NCBI GenBank assembly: GCA_964427735.1
Contig: CAYRUS010000001.1
Span: forward strand, 602,201 to 666,200
Length of the DNA: 64,000 bases
Direction: 5' to 3'
Source: an uncultured Gammaproteobacteria bacterium
GTDB lineage: Bacteria; Patescibacteriota; Microgenomatia; UBA8517
How positions within the stretch are numbered: position 1 is the stretch's first letter; each line of letters begins with the position of its first letter. A program made the position numbers and the translations under genes. Positions 17,061-26,676 of the stretch are shown piece by piece. The notes beneath the pieces are model-generated. The model worked only from the letters and a program-made list of their open reading frames with translations. It was not told the origin of the DNA and ran no database searches.

Positions 17061-18830
17061 ATGGAAAACATTTTTAAGATTATCAGATATGCTAAACCGC
17101 AACACAAATGGATAGTTGTAGCCTGTGTTTTAATAACAGTACAGGCTGTTTTGCAGCAGGCAACCCCCATTACTTTAAAGTATGTTGTTGATGAACTATC
17201 CCAGCAAATCAGTAGTGGAACAGGTAACTACACAAGACTTACATACTTATTTGCATTAATTTTAATAATTAATGTTAGTGGAGTGGTTCTCTCTTCTTTA
17301 AATCAGAGATTAGGGGATCACATTTCCTCACGACTAGGTAGACACCTAACAGAAGTTTATTACAGGAAGATTTTTACTTTACCTCAGAAATATTTTGATT
17401 CTGAAATGTCGGGGAAAGTTGTTAACCAACTTAATAGGGGAATACTTTCTATAAGTAACTTTATTGGTGCTGCTACAAACTTTATTGTTCCTGCATTACT
17501 TCAGGCTGTATTTGGGATTGCTGTGCTTGCGTATTTTGATTTAACCATTGGTCTTTTGGCCCTTTCGGTGTTTCCTGTATATATTGCAATTTCTAACTAT
17601 TCCACAAAAAAATGGGGGAAAATCCAAGAAGAGAAAAACATTCACGAGGATGCAAGTCGTGGAAGGATTGCAGAAGTTATTAGCAATATAAAATTAGTAA
17701 AAACATATAATACTCAAAAAAGAGAGTGGGAATTTATCTCTGGTAAATATGAAACAATTAATAAACTCTATGATAAACAATCTACTCAGTATCATGTTTT
17801 GAATTTTATAAGAGAATTTGGTCTGGAAATAGCTTTTATAGGAATTTTGTTTATTGTTTTTAGGAATACTTTTTTTGGGATTTTATCTTTAGGAGAGATG
17901 GTGCTAATCATCCAGCTAATGAACCAGTTAAGATGGCCGCTTTATGGAATGAGTTTTATATTAGAACAAGTTCAAAGGGCAGAAGCAGACTCAAAAGCAT
18001 TTTTTGAGGTTTTAGATATAAAAGAGGCTGAAGTATTTCAAACAAAAAGACTTCCTAGGCTACTCAAAAAACTTGAAATCAAAATGGAGAAGGTTAGCTT
18101 TTCATACGAAGATGGATCTGAAGTTTTGTCTGATATAAACCTTAATTTAAATGATCATCAAAAAGTTGCTTTAATAGGGCATTCTGGTTCAGGTAAAACA
18201 ACTTTAGTAAATTTGATTCTTAAACTCTATGAACCAACACAAGGAGAAATTTTCTTATCTGGTAAAAGATACTCAGAGACAGATCATTCGTGGATACGAT
18301 CTCATATGGCTTTGGTTTTTCAGGATAGTGAGCTATTCTCATCAACTATAAGAGAAAACGTTGCATATGGATCTCAAAAAGCCACAGACAAAGAGATAAT
18401 TGATGCTTTAAAAAAAGCAAATGCCTATGAATTTGTTCAAAAGTTTAAAGATGGTTTAGATGCCCAAATTGGAGAGCGGGGAGTTAAACTTTCTGGTGGA
18501 CAGAAGCAAAGAATTCAGATAGCTAGAGCAATTCTCCATGATAAGCCAATATTAATATTAGATGAGGCGACAAGTAGCCTTGACTCAAAATCAGAAAAAT
18601 TAGTTCAAGATGCTTTAGAAAAATTATTTAAAAACAGGCTTGTAATTATAATTGCACACCGGTTTTCCACAATACAAAATGTTGATAGGGTTATTGTTTT
18701 GGACAAGGGAACAATTACAGATGAAGGCAGCCCAAGAGAACTAGCAAGGAGAAAGGGAATATACTCAGAACTTTTGCAATACCAGGTTGAAGGAAATAAA
18801 AAACTTTTAAGAGAATACGAATTAGCATAA
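17061..18830 (+). CDS. ABC exporter, fused permease/ATPase
   Basis: N-terminal TM domain; GHSGSGKT, LSGGQKQR, ILDEATSSLD and IAHR. Confidence 0.95.
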   Translation: MENIFKIIRYAKPQHKWIVVACVLITVQAVLQQATPITLKYVVDELSQQISSGTGNYTRLTYLFALILIINVSGVVLSSLNQRLGDHISSRLGRHLTEVYYRKIFTLPQKYFDSEMSGKVVNQLNRGILSISNFIGAATNFIVPALLQAVFGIAVLAYFDLTIGLLALSVFPVYIAISNYSTKKWGKIQEEKNIHEDASRGRIAEVISNIKLVKTYNTQKREWEFISGKYETINKLYDKQSTQYHVLNFIREFGLEIAFIGILFIVFRNTFFGILSLGEMVLIIQLMNQLRWPLYGMSFILEQVQRAEADSKAFFEVLDIKEAEVFQTKRLPRLLKKLEIKMEKVSFSYEDGSEVLSDINLNLNDHQKVALIGHSGSGKTTLVNLILKLYEPTQGEIFLSGKRYSETDHSWIRSHMALVFQDSELFSSTIRENVAYGSQKATDKEIIDALKKANAYEFVQKFKDGLDAQIGERGVKLSGGQKQRIQIARAILHDKPILILDEATSSLDSKSEKLVQDALEKLFKNRLVIIIAHRFSTIQNVDRVIVLDKGTITDEGSPRELARRKGIYSELLQYQVEGNKKLLREYELA

Positions 18831-18847
18831 TCTGATAAAATTAGAAC

Positions 18848-19234
18848 ATGGGTCCAAAAATCGATGCCGTTGGGGTTATCGCAAGCGATATTAAAATTAC
18901 AGTTCAATTTTATTCGCTCCTTGGATTTGAGTTTGAGGAATTCGATAGTCATGAAGATCATATAGAATCAAAATTAAAAAAAGGACAAGTCAGGTTAATG
19001 ATCGACTCATCAAAACTTTTTAAAGATCTAACAGGAGAGGAACCAAAACCAGGTAACACTTCCACGTTTGCGGTACTATATGATTCAGCAAAAGAAGTGG
19101 ATGAGGTTGTTAAGCGGGTTAAGTCAGGAGGTTTTAACATTGAAGAAGAACCGTTTGATGCTCCGTGGGGACAGCGTTATGCGGTTGTCAAAGACCCCAA
19201 TGGATTTAAAGTAGATCTCTTTGCGAATTTGTAG
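18848..19234 (+). CDS. VOC/glyoxalase family protein
   Basis: FY..LGF; P.DAPWGQRYA.V.DPNG..VDL. Confidence 0.9.
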   Translation: MGPKIDAVGVIASDIKITVQFYSLLGFEFEEFDSHEDHIESKLKKGQVRLMIDSSKLFKDLTGEEPKPGNTSTFAVLYDSAKEVDEVVKRVKSGGFNIEEEPFDAPWGQRYAVVKDPNGFKVDLFANL

Positions 19235-19241
19235 TATTACC

Positions 19242-19661
19242 ATGAACATGTTTAAAAAAGTAAAAGCAAACAACATAAAGGAATATCTTGCTCTTGTTCC
19301 AGAAGAGAGGAAAGATGACATAATAACTATTCATAAATTTATTCAGGAGTCAGCCCCATCACTAAAACCTCACTTTGCCCACAACATGATAGGCTACGGT
19401 AGTTTTAAGTACAAGAATTATAAAGGTGAAATTGTCGATTGGCCGACAATAGCCCTGGCAAACCAGAAAAACTACATTTCTGTTTATGTGTGTGCGGTTG
19501 AAGATGGAGAATACATTGCAGAAAAATACAAAGAAGAACTTGGAAAGGTCAGTGTAGGAAAAAGCTGCATTAGATTTAACAAACTGGAAAAGCTAAATTT
19601 ACCAGCCCTAAAAAAGATCATTAAAAAAGCAGCCAAAAACCCAGGACTCACTAATAAATAA
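19242..19661 (+). CDS. DUF1801 domain protein
   Basis: MIGYG.F.Y....W..IALA.QKNYIS.Y; LGK...GKSCIRF; start 19242 or 19248. Confidence 0.85.
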   Translation: MNMFKKVKANNIKEYLALVPEERKDDIITIHKFIQESAPSLKPHFAHNMIGYGSFKYKNYKGEIVDWPTIALANQKNYISVYVCAVEDGEYIAEKYKEELGKVSVGKSCIRFNKLEKLNLPALKKIIKKAAKNPGLTNK

Positions 19662-19686
19662 TATTAATGTTATTTCTACAGAAAGA

Positions 19687-20340
19687 CTAATTTGACTTTA
19701 ATCTTTTCAACAATACTTCCTGTATATGATCACGCTTTTTCTGAAAAATAATAATTCCTGTAACGCCAACTGCTAGAAAGAAGAGTATTTTCCCCACATC
19801 TTCAGCACTTGCGACAAATTCATTTAACTGCGATAGTCCATAGTAGCCAATATAGGCAAAAATCATACTTCGAACCCAGACGCCTAAAAAAGTCGACTGA
19901 ACATAGGTTCGCATATTAATCTTGATAAGTCCGGCAACTGCAGCGACAGGTGCACCGGGAAAAACTGGAATAGCACGCAGAAGAAAAAGTATGACATCAT
20001 CTTTCCAGGTTTTGTTAAAGCGTTTTCCTATGCTTTCCACCTCACGGTGTGTTATACCTAAAAACTTTCCAAACCTTGATAGCACCACATCTTCTGCTTT
20101 GTCTGCGAAATAGTAAATAATAATTGCTCCAATTGTTTTCCCGATAGCAGCGAAGAGGGAAATAATTACAATATAAAATGCTGTTTGGCCTTGCTCTAAT
20201 GCGATGGATCCTGCGGATGTCATCACAAGCGGGGACGGGATAGGAGCAACAACTTCCTCTATAAATCCACCAATAGTGGTAAAGACAGGGAGAGGGACCA
20301 GTTCGGAAAGAGCATGAAGTGCAGACAAAAATTTTTCCAT
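19687..20340 (-). CDS. DedA/VTT domain membrane protein
   Basis: EE...PIPS.LV...AG and FLLRAIP motifs. Confidence 0.85.
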   Translation of the reverse strand: MEKFLSALHALSELVPLPVFTTIGGFIEEVVAPIPSPLVMTSAGSIALEQGQTAFYIVIISLFAAIGKTIGAIIIYYFADKAEDVVLSRFGKFLGITHREVESIGKRFNKTWKDDVILFLLRAIPVFPGAPVAAVAGLIKINMRTYVQSTFLGVWVRSMIFAYIGYYGLSQLNEFVASAEDVGKILFFLAVGVTGIIIFQKKRDHIQEVLLKRLKSN

Positions 20341-20477
20341 ACGGGATTAAGTATACAGGATATGAAACTACAATTCTTTATGCTTTATTATTTCTTGTTT
20401 AAAACAAGTGACCTGAATTCAAACAAACTAAGTGGAGCTGTAGTGTCTTACTTTATAATAATTGATATACTTTATTT

Positions 20478-21041
20478 ATGAAAGAATACGTGGGAATTAT
20501 TACTATCGTCCTCTCGATTGTTGGTCATACTCCATACATAGTCGATGCCTACAAACAAAAGACAAAACCACATTTTTTTACCTGGTTGATTTGGTCAATT
20601 GTTGTTGGTTTAGTCTTTTTTGGACAGGTCGCAAAAGGTGGAGGTGCTGGTGCATGGTCAACCGGTGCAACAGCTGTGATTGTTGTAATTATCACACTTC
20701 TTGCACTGCGAAATAAAAGAAAAGACATTACAAAATCAGACAAAATATTTTTTATTCTTGCTCTTCTTGCAATTATTCCCTGGTATTTTGCAAATGACCC
20801 AACTCTTTCAGTTGTTATGGCAACAGGAATAGACGCACTTGCATTTCTTCCAACTATGCGAAAGACGCTGAAAGACCCGACAAGCGAAACCTTTGTTTTG
20901 TATCCTTTGAACGTATTAAGACACGGCTTGTCGATCTATGCAATTTCAAGCTATAACCTCGCTACTGTAATTTATCCCGCCTACTTATTTATTGCCAACG
21001 GACTTATGACCCTGATTATATTGAGGCCAAAATTGAGATAG
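20478..21041 (+). CDS. Conserved multi-pass membrane protein (PQ-loop-like)
   Basis: PYI.D....TKPH..TWLIW and A..PT.RK...DP.SE duplicated halves. Confidence 0.7.
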   Translation: MKEYVGIITIVLSIVGHTPYIVDAYKQKTKPHFFTWLIWSIVVGLVFFGQVAKGGGAGAWSTGATAVIVVIITLLALRNKRKDITKSDKIFFILALLAIIPWYFANDPTLSVVMATGIDALAFLPTMRKTLKDPTSETFVLYPLNVLRHGLSIYAISSYNLATVIYPAYLFIANGLMTLIILRPKLR

Positions 21042-21077
21042 CTAAATTAGCATATTATCGCTAAAATAATACAAACA

Positions 21078-21470
21078 ATGAAAGCAAAACCAGTAGTTCA
21101 CTTCGAAATGCCATATAAAGACAACAATCGTGTGGCAAAGTTTTATGAAAATGCTTTTGGTTGGGATATGAAAAACTACCCTGAGATGGGTAATTATGTA
21201 TTGGCAAATACAACAGAAGTTGATGAATCAACACAAAGACCAAAACAACCTGGAGCAATAAATGGTGGATTTTTCCCATATGGTGATTATGGTAAGATTC
21301 CACATCTCGTGATTTCCGTTGAGAATCTTGAAGAGCATATGGAGCTGGTTAAAAAAGAAGGTGGTAAGCTATTAAAAGAGCCAATGGATATTGCCGGTGT
21401 GGGTCTTTTTGTGATGATTGAAGATACTGAAGGCAATAAAGTTGGCATGCTCCAGCCTGCTGAAATGTAA
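21078..21470 (+). CDS. VOC family protein
   Basis: PVVHFE.P....R..KFY...FGW; PGAINGG; DTEGN.VG. Confidence 0.9.
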   Translation: MKAKPVVHFEMPYKDNNRVAKFYENAFGWDMKNYPEMGNYVLANTTEVDESTQRPKQPGAINGGFFPYGDYGKIPHLVISVENLEEHMELVKKEGGKLLKEPMDIAGVGLFVMIEDTEGNKVGMLQPAEM

Positions 21471-21500
21471 ATACTTCTCCAAATCTAAATTATTTTATAT

Positions 21501-22319
21501 TTACGCTGTTCCAATAGCAAAATGTGCAGTAGCTTTTAGTTTGACTGGGCTATCACCAAACCGCTTTTTTAGAATTTCATCAAATACAGCTTGCAAGCGA
21601 AGAGCTTTGTCTTTGCCGATCTTGTCCATTAGTGGAGCAAATATCGGGTTGGCTAGGGCTAAAGCCATCCATGCTTCATCACGATTTCTCCATACATTAT
21701 TAGTCGACCACGATTTAACTTCCACATCTTCGAACCCCGCATCCGACATCTCACGCGTGAGTCTTTTTTTATCTGCCAATTCCAAAAAAGGAGGAGGATC
21801 AGGTGTGGGCATTTCGGGTAGTGCAGTCTTCACTGCTTCCTGGAATGTCGCAAACCACTCATTGTTAGGTGGTGCATCCCATGTAACGACAATCGCTTTT
21901 GCTTTTGGGATAAGCACACGCTTAAGTTCTGAGAAGCCTTTATTACGATCGGAAAAAAGCATTAATCCAAACACAGAAAAAGCGGCATCAAAGATATTAT
22001 CTTCAAAATCCAGATTTTGTCCATTCATTACAAGTGCTTCGAGATTATCCAGATTTTCTTTTTTGGCACGCTCGGTTAAAATCTTAATCAAAGGTGGTGT
22101 GAAGTCTATGGCAGTCACTTCCGCACCTTTTTTTGCTGCACGAATTGCTAGTGCACCTGAACCTGTCGCCATATCCAGAACGTTCATGTCTTTACTAATT
22201 GGCAGCAGCTCAAGAGCATGTTCTGCATAATTCCCTGTTGCATGGTCGATATGTTTGGCATAGAGGTCGGCAACGGATATCCAACCTTCGACCGATGACT
22301 CTGGTCTAGGGTTTTTCAT
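21501..22319 (-). CDS. Class I SAM-dependent methyltransferase
   Basis: VLDMATGSG, AIDF, F.D..FD...S.FG and RVL.P. Confidence 0.9.
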   Translation of the reverse strand: MKNPRPESSVEGWISVADLYAKHIDHATGNYAEHALELLPISKDMNVLDMATGSGALAIRAAKKGAEVTAIDFTPPLIKILTERAKKENLDNLEALVMNGQNLDFEDNIFDAAFSVFGLMLFSDRNKGFSELKRVLIPKAKAIVVTWDAPPNNEWFATFQEAVKTALPEMPTPDPPPFLELADKKRLTREMSDAGFEDVEVKSWSTNNVWRNRDEAWMALALANPIFAPLMDKIGKDKALRLQAVFDEILKKRFGDSPVKLKATAHFAIGTA

Positions 22320-22425
22320 ATACTCAGGGTATCAAAGATATTCATGAATGTTAAATGAATTTTTCAACAACAAAAAATAGAGTCTATTTTAATTGATGTT
22401 AAGACTGTAGAATAATGCAATAAGT

Positions 22426-22917
22426 ATGAAAAATAACCTACAAAAACTAGTTACATGCCTCTGGTTGGATGATGAAGCAGAGGAGATGGGTTCTTTCTAC
22501 AAAGACGTTTTTAAAGACAACTTCAAAGAGGGAGACAAGACCTACTACACCACAGAAACTCCATCAAATAAACCAGTCGGCAGTATTTTAACTTATGAAT
22601 TTGAGATATTTGGGAATAGTTTTATGGCTTTAAATGGAGGAGATGCGTTTAAATTAAGTGAAGCTGTTTCTTTTGTAATAAACTGCGATAACCAAGAAGA
22701 AATTGATTATTATTGGGAAGCATTATCTGCAGTTCCCGAATCTGAAGTATGCGGATGGTGTAAGGACAAATTTGGAGTAAGCTGGCAAATAACTCCCAAG
22801 AGGCTTGATGAGATGTTAAAGTCAGAAGACAAAGAAGCAGCAACGAGGGCAATGGATGCAATGCTTGAGATGAAAAAGATTGATATTGCTAAGTTGGAAG
22901 CAGCTTTTAAAGGTTAA
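22426..22917 (+). CDS. VOC family PhnB-like protein
   Basis: CLW.D..AEE...FY; ALNGG..F...EA.SF...C..QEEIDYYW; CGWCKDKFGVSWQI. Confidence 0.9.
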   Translation: MKNNLQKLVTCLWLDDEAEEMGSFYKDVFKDNFKEGDKTYYTTETPSNKPVGSILTYEFEIFGNSFMALNGGDAFKLSEAVSFVINCDNQEEIDYYWEALSAVPESEVCGWCKDKFGVSWQITPKRLDEMLKSEDKEAATRAMDAMLEMKKIDIAKLEAAFKG

Positions 22918-22918
22918 G

Positions 22919-23512
22919 ATGAGAAAAATAATTGTTTTAAGCTTTATTACTCTTGATGGTGTTATGCAGGCTCCAGGTGGGCCAAAAGAAGATACTTCAG
23001 GTGGGTTTAAATATGGTGGTTGGACTCATCCCTATTTTGACAAGTTTTTAGGAAGCGTGATGGCAAAGCAGATGAGTGGTAAATATGATCTTCTTTTGGG
23101 AAGAAAAACTTATGACATTTTTGCAGGATATTGGCCAGAACACGAAGATGAGTGGCCACAGATAAATAAAATTACAAAATACACTGTATCCAATACCCTC
23201 AAAAATCCCAAATGGGAAAATACCGCAGTGATAAAAAACATTGCAGGAATCAAAAAGCTAAAAAGCTCAAAGGGACCAGCTCTACAAGTTCATGGCAGTG
23301 GTGACCTAATCCAGTCACTACTCAAAGCTGATTTAGTGGATGAGTTTTGGCTCAAGATTTTTCCGATTACTTTAGGGAAAGGGAAAAGATTATTTGCAGA
23401 AGGAACAATTCCCGCAGCTTTTAAACTTGTAGAAAGCAAAGTATCACCAAAGGGAGTAATTGTTGCTAACTACAAACGAGCAGGGGAAGTGCGAACCGGC
23501 TCATTTGAATAA
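22919..23512 (+). CDS. Dihydrofolate reductase-like (RibD C-terminal) protein
   Basis: MRKIIV..FITLDGVMQAPGGP.ED.SGGF..GGW, LLGRKTY, HGSG.L. Confidence 0.9.
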   Translation: MRKIIVLSFITLDGVMQAPGGPKEDTSGGFKYGGWTHPYFDKFLGSVMAKQMSGKYDLLLGRKTYDIFAGYWPEHEDEWPQINKITKYTVSNTLKNPKWENTAVIKNIAGIKKLKSSKGPALQVHGSGDLIQSLLKADLVDEFWLKIFPITLGKGKRLFAEGTIPAAFKLVESKVSPKGVIVANYKRAGEVRTGSFE

Positions 23513-23543
23513 CTGGTATAATCAGGACTTGTAGAATTTTAAA

Positions 23544-23894
23544 ATGTCTGAAAAAGTAAGTGAGTATATTAAAGAGATCTCGGACTGGCGTGGGAAGCTG
23601 CTTGCAGAAATTAGAAATGTAGTTTTGGCAGCAGACAAAGGAATTGTTGAGGAGTGGAAATGGAACTCGCCTGTTTGGAGCAAAGATGGACTAATTTGCA
23701 GTGCGAGTGCTTTTAAAAACCATGTAAGTATAAGTTTTTTTAACGGTGCCAGCCTTGAGGATAAAGATAAACTTTTTAATTATGGTCTTGACTCTAAAAA
23801 AATGCGAACAATAAAGTTTGAAAAAGGAGATAAAATTAAGGAAAAAGAATTGAAAAACCTCATAAAAGAAGCAATTGAATTTAATTCTAAATAA
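23544..23894 (+). CDS. DUF1801 (YdhG-like) protein
   Basis: DWRG..L...R......D...EEWKW..PVW...G; F..GA.L.D. Confidence 0.88.
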   Translation: MSEKVSEYIKEISDWRGKLLAEIRNVVLAADKGIVEEWKWNSPVWSKDGLICSASAFKNHVSISFFNGASLEDKDKLFNYGLDSKKMRTIKFEKGDKIKEKELKNLIKEAIEFNSK

Positions 23895-23899
23895 TTCAA

Positions 23900-24130
23900 A
23901 TGAGCTCACAAAAAACTCAAATAAAAGACGGAATTACCTATAAATATCACACGGACGGAACAGTGCATGCAAAAGGAAAAATAAAAGATGGAAAACCTTC
24001 AGGATATTGGGAATGGTTTAGAAAGGATGGCACGATAAAACGCTCAGGTACTTTCAAAGACGGCGAGCCTGTAGGGGAATGGACCACCTATGATAAAAAT
24101 GGAAAAGTGGTTAGAATAACCCAAAGGTGA
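23900..24130 (+). CDS. Small MORN-variant repeat (YwqK-like) protein
   Basis: G.W.WF..DG.....G.F..G...GEW..YD..G. Confidence 0.8.
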   Translation: MSSQKTQIKDGITYKYHTDGTVHAKGKIKDGKPSGYWEWFRKDGTIKRSGTFKDGEPVGEWTTYDKNGKVVRITQR

Positions 24131-24142
24131 AAAAAAGCAAAA

Positions 24143-24535
24143 ATGAATCAGGAAATTAAGGACTATAATGCAAAGCAAACTAAAGAAGATGAGAAAATTT
24201 GTAATTTGCTAATGTCTATTATTAACAAGAATCTTTTAGGTGCAGAAAGCAAAATTTGGCACAGACACCCCGTTTGGTTTTTGGATGGGAACTCAATTGT
24301 CGGTTACAGCAAGCAAAAACCAGGAATCCGACTTATGTTTTGGAGTGGGCAAGGATTTGATGAAGATAAATTAAATGTTCGAGGGAAGAAATTCAAAGAT
24401 GCTTCAATTTTTTACAACGAAATTTCTGAGGTGGATATCATTGATCTTAAACGCTGGCTCAAAAAAGCTAAAAAAATTCAGTGGGATTACAAAAATATTG
24501 TAAAAAGAAAAGGAAAGTTGGTAAGGATAAAGTAA
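24143..24535 (+). CDS. DUF1801 domain protein
   Basis: AESKIW..HPVWFLDGN.IVGYSK.K...RL.FWSG; QWDYKNIVKRKG. Confidence 0.85.
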   Translation: MNQEIKDYNAKQTKEDEKICNLLMSIINKNLLGAESKIWHRHPVWFLDGNSIVGYSKQKPGIRLMFWSGQGFDEDKLNVRGKKFKDASIFYNEISEVDIIDLKRWLKKAKKIQWDYKNIVKRKGKLVRIK

Positions 24536-24560
24536 AGACATTTTAGGGAGGTGATTAGTA

Positions 24561-24998
24561 ATGAAGGTAAATCCATATTTAAATTTTGATGGTAATGCTA
24601 GAGAGGCAATGGAGTTTTACAGAACCGTTTTTGGTGGAGAATTTGATTCTGTTATGACATTCGGTGAAATGACAGAAAACGACGATTATCAAGTGCCTGA
24701 GGAAGAAAAAGAGCGTATTATGCACATATCACTTCCAATCGGAGATGAGCTTTGGATAATGGCAAGTGACATATCGCCATCTCAAGGACACAAACTGATT
24801 GAGGGTAACAACAACTACATTTGTTTGGTTCCTGAATCAAAAGAAGAAGGTCAGCGAATTTTTGATCAATTATCAAAAGGCGGAGAGGTAGAAATGTCTT
24901 TTGAAAAAATGTTTTGGGGTGACTATTTTGCTTCTTTTAAGGATAAGTTTGGTGTAGCTTGGATGATAAACTGGTCAGATAACCAAAAAAGTGAGTAA
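24561..24998 (+). CDS. VOC family PhnB-like protein
   Basis: PYL.F.GNA.EA..FY..VFGG, IMH..L and FWG.YF...DKFG..WM; SD GGAGGTG. Confidence 0.92.
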   Translation: MKVNPYLNFDGNAREAMEFYRTVFGGEFDSVMTFGEMTENDDYQVPEEEKERIMHISLPIGDELWIMASDISPSQGHKLIEGNNNYICLVPESKEEGQRIFDQLSKGGEVEMSFEKMFWGDYFASFKDKFGVAWMINWSDNQKSE

Positions 24999-25293
24999 TC
25001 ATAAAAAACAAAAAAAGATCTGTGATCGTGGGCACACTTTTTATAAAACAAGTGATTGTCCTGTTTGCCCAAAGTGTTGGTCAGGATATTACAGAGAAAA
25101 AAATAAAGGAGACTTTCCTGACAAGTTAGTTTCTCCTGCACTTCGTGCTTTACTTAGTGCAAATATTTTTAATCTTAATCAATTATCTGAATATTCAGAA
25201 GAAGAAATTTTGAGCTTACACGGAATGGGACCAAGCTCAATCCCACTTTTGAAAAAGGCTTTAAAGGAAAAAGGTTTATCTTTTAAAGAATAA
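24991..25293 (+). CDS. Zn-ribbon plus RNA polymerase alpha-CTD-like (HhH) protein
   Basis: C..GH.FYKTSDCP.CP.C; PA.RAL...I..L.QL....E.EIL.LHG.GP. Confidence 0.8.
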   Translation: MSNHKKQKKICDRGHTFYKTSDCPVCPKCWSGYYREKNKGDFPDKLVSPALRALLSANIFNLNQLSEYSEEEILSLHGMGPSSIPLLKKALKEKGLSFKE

Positions 25294-25455
25294 TTTTTTC
25301 TAAATAACGTTTCAAAATTCTTAAGCAAGGTTGGACCAGCAGACAAGCGTGATGATTCTTTTGAAATCTTGGAACTTATGAAAAAAGTTACTGGCGAAGA
25401 TCCGATTATGTGGGGAGAGAGTATTGTAGGTTTTGGTAAGTGTCATTATAAATTC
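25294..25455 (+). pseudogene. DUF1801-family gene fragment lacking start and C-terminus
   Basis: Frame reads NVSKFLSKVGPADKRDDSFEILELMKKVTGEDPIMWGESIVGFGKCHYK, the N-half of the P.MWG.SIVGFG.Y.Y DUF1801 subgroup; similarity is lost near the convergent gene's 3' end. Confidence 0.75.
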
Positions 25456-25473
25456 AATGTTTTTCACTTGCTT

Positions 25474-25860
25474 TTAAATCGACAAGCTGTGCTTTATTCT
25501 TTGTATTAGACTTTGGCCACTGTCTTGGACTTGTTGAACCTTTTCTTCTCTCAAGTCTTCTTTTGTTTCACTTAGGCTTTCTTTTAGTTGGATGTTTTCT
25601 TGTTGAAGTGTTTCATTTTGCTTTACCACCTTGTTTAATTTCCCCTCTAGGCTTCTGTTTGAAGAATATGAGGCAACCTGTTCAAAAAATCCAAACACAG
25701 ACATAATGAACGCACCTACAAGCATAGCAGCTGTTAGAGCAAGATATAGAGGAATGCTTGCTCTCAGGCCAAAGAGATTTATTGGGACAAGAACAGTGTT
25801 TTGGACTGAAATAAAGGTAAAAATCAGACCAAGAGTTATTGCAAGAATCACTGTAAGCAT
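25474..25860 (-). CDS. LapA/DUF1049 family membrane protein with coiled-coil tail
   Basis: F.SVQNT..V.IN.F....PLYL......G signature. Confidence 0.75.
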   Translation of the reverse strand: MLTVILAITLGLIFTFISVQNTVLVPINLFGLRASIPLYLALTAAMLVGAFIMSVFGFFEQVASYSSNRSLEGKLNKVVKQNETLQQENIQLKESLSETKEDLREEKVQQVQDSGQSLIQRIKHSLSI

Positions 25861-25941
25861 AATGATTTCATTTAACTAAAGTTTTGTTAATAAAGCGTAA
25901 TAATAGTTATATAAAATCGTTAGTGGTTTATAATATGATTA

Positions 25942-26670
25942 ATGAAAACTATCAAAATTTTAGGAATACCAATCCATAATTTATCTTATGAGAAAGTTCT
26001 TGAATATATTGAAGAAAAAATAAAAAAAGGAAGCTCACATCAAATTGTAACTGTAAACCCTGAGTTCATAATTATTTCTAGAAAAAACAGAGAGTTCAGA
26101 CAAGTTTTACTTAATGCTGATTTGGCTGTGATAGATGGCGTGGGGCTTCAGTATGCTGCTTTTTTGAATGGAAATCGATTTGTTGATCGAATTGGAGGAA
26201 CTCAACTGGTTGAAAAACTAATACCTCTAGCAGAAAAAAAGGGTTGGAAAATATTTTTCTTAGGAGCAATGCCTGGTGTTGCCCAAAAGGCAGCAGATGA
26301 TTTTAAAAACAAGTTCTCCAAAATTCAGATAATGGCAAGTTCGGATGACCCGACACCAGAAGGTACTAAAAATGCTATTGAGAAAATAAAGAAATTTAAA
26401 CCCCATCTCCTTTTTGTTGCTTATGGAGCTCCTAAACAAGATTTATGGATCTACAACAACAAAGACAAATTAAACGTTCCTGTGATGATTGGGGTAGGTG
26501 GTGCTTTTGATTATTTATCTGGCAAAGTAAAAAGGCCTCCTAAGTTGGTTAGCCAACTTGGATTTGAGTGGTTATGGAGATTAATTAACCAGCCATGGAG
26601 ATGGAAGCGTCAGCTTACTTGGCCATATTTTGTTTTGCTGGTAATAAAAGAAAGGTTTTTTAAAAATTAA
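25942..26670 (+). CDS. WecB/TagA/CpsF family glycosyltransferase
   Basis: TVNPE, DG.G, FFLGA.PGVA, VAYGAPKQD.W, GVGGAFD and EWLWRL..QP.R. Confidence 0.93.
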   Translation: MKTIKILGIPIHNLSYEKVLEYIEEKIKKGSSHQIVTVNPEFIIISRKNREFRQVLLNADLAVIDGVGLQYAAFLNGNRFVDRIGGTQLVEKLIPLAEKKGWKIFFLGAMPGVAQKAADDFKNKFSKIQIMASSDDPTPEGTKNAIEKIKKFKPHLLFVAYGAPKQDLWIYNNKDKLNVPVMIGVGGAFDYLSGKVKRPPKLVSQLGFEWLWRLINQPWRWKRQLTWPYFVLLVIKERFFKN

Positions 26671-26676
26671 ATAAAA

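Noticed and set aside
21418-22230. 270-aa plus-strand ORF
   Set aside because: Antisense shadow of the methyltransferase gene; no recognisable motifs
18848-25455. Integron
   Set aside because: No intI gene and no recognisable attC palindromes; intergenic gaps are often too short to hold them
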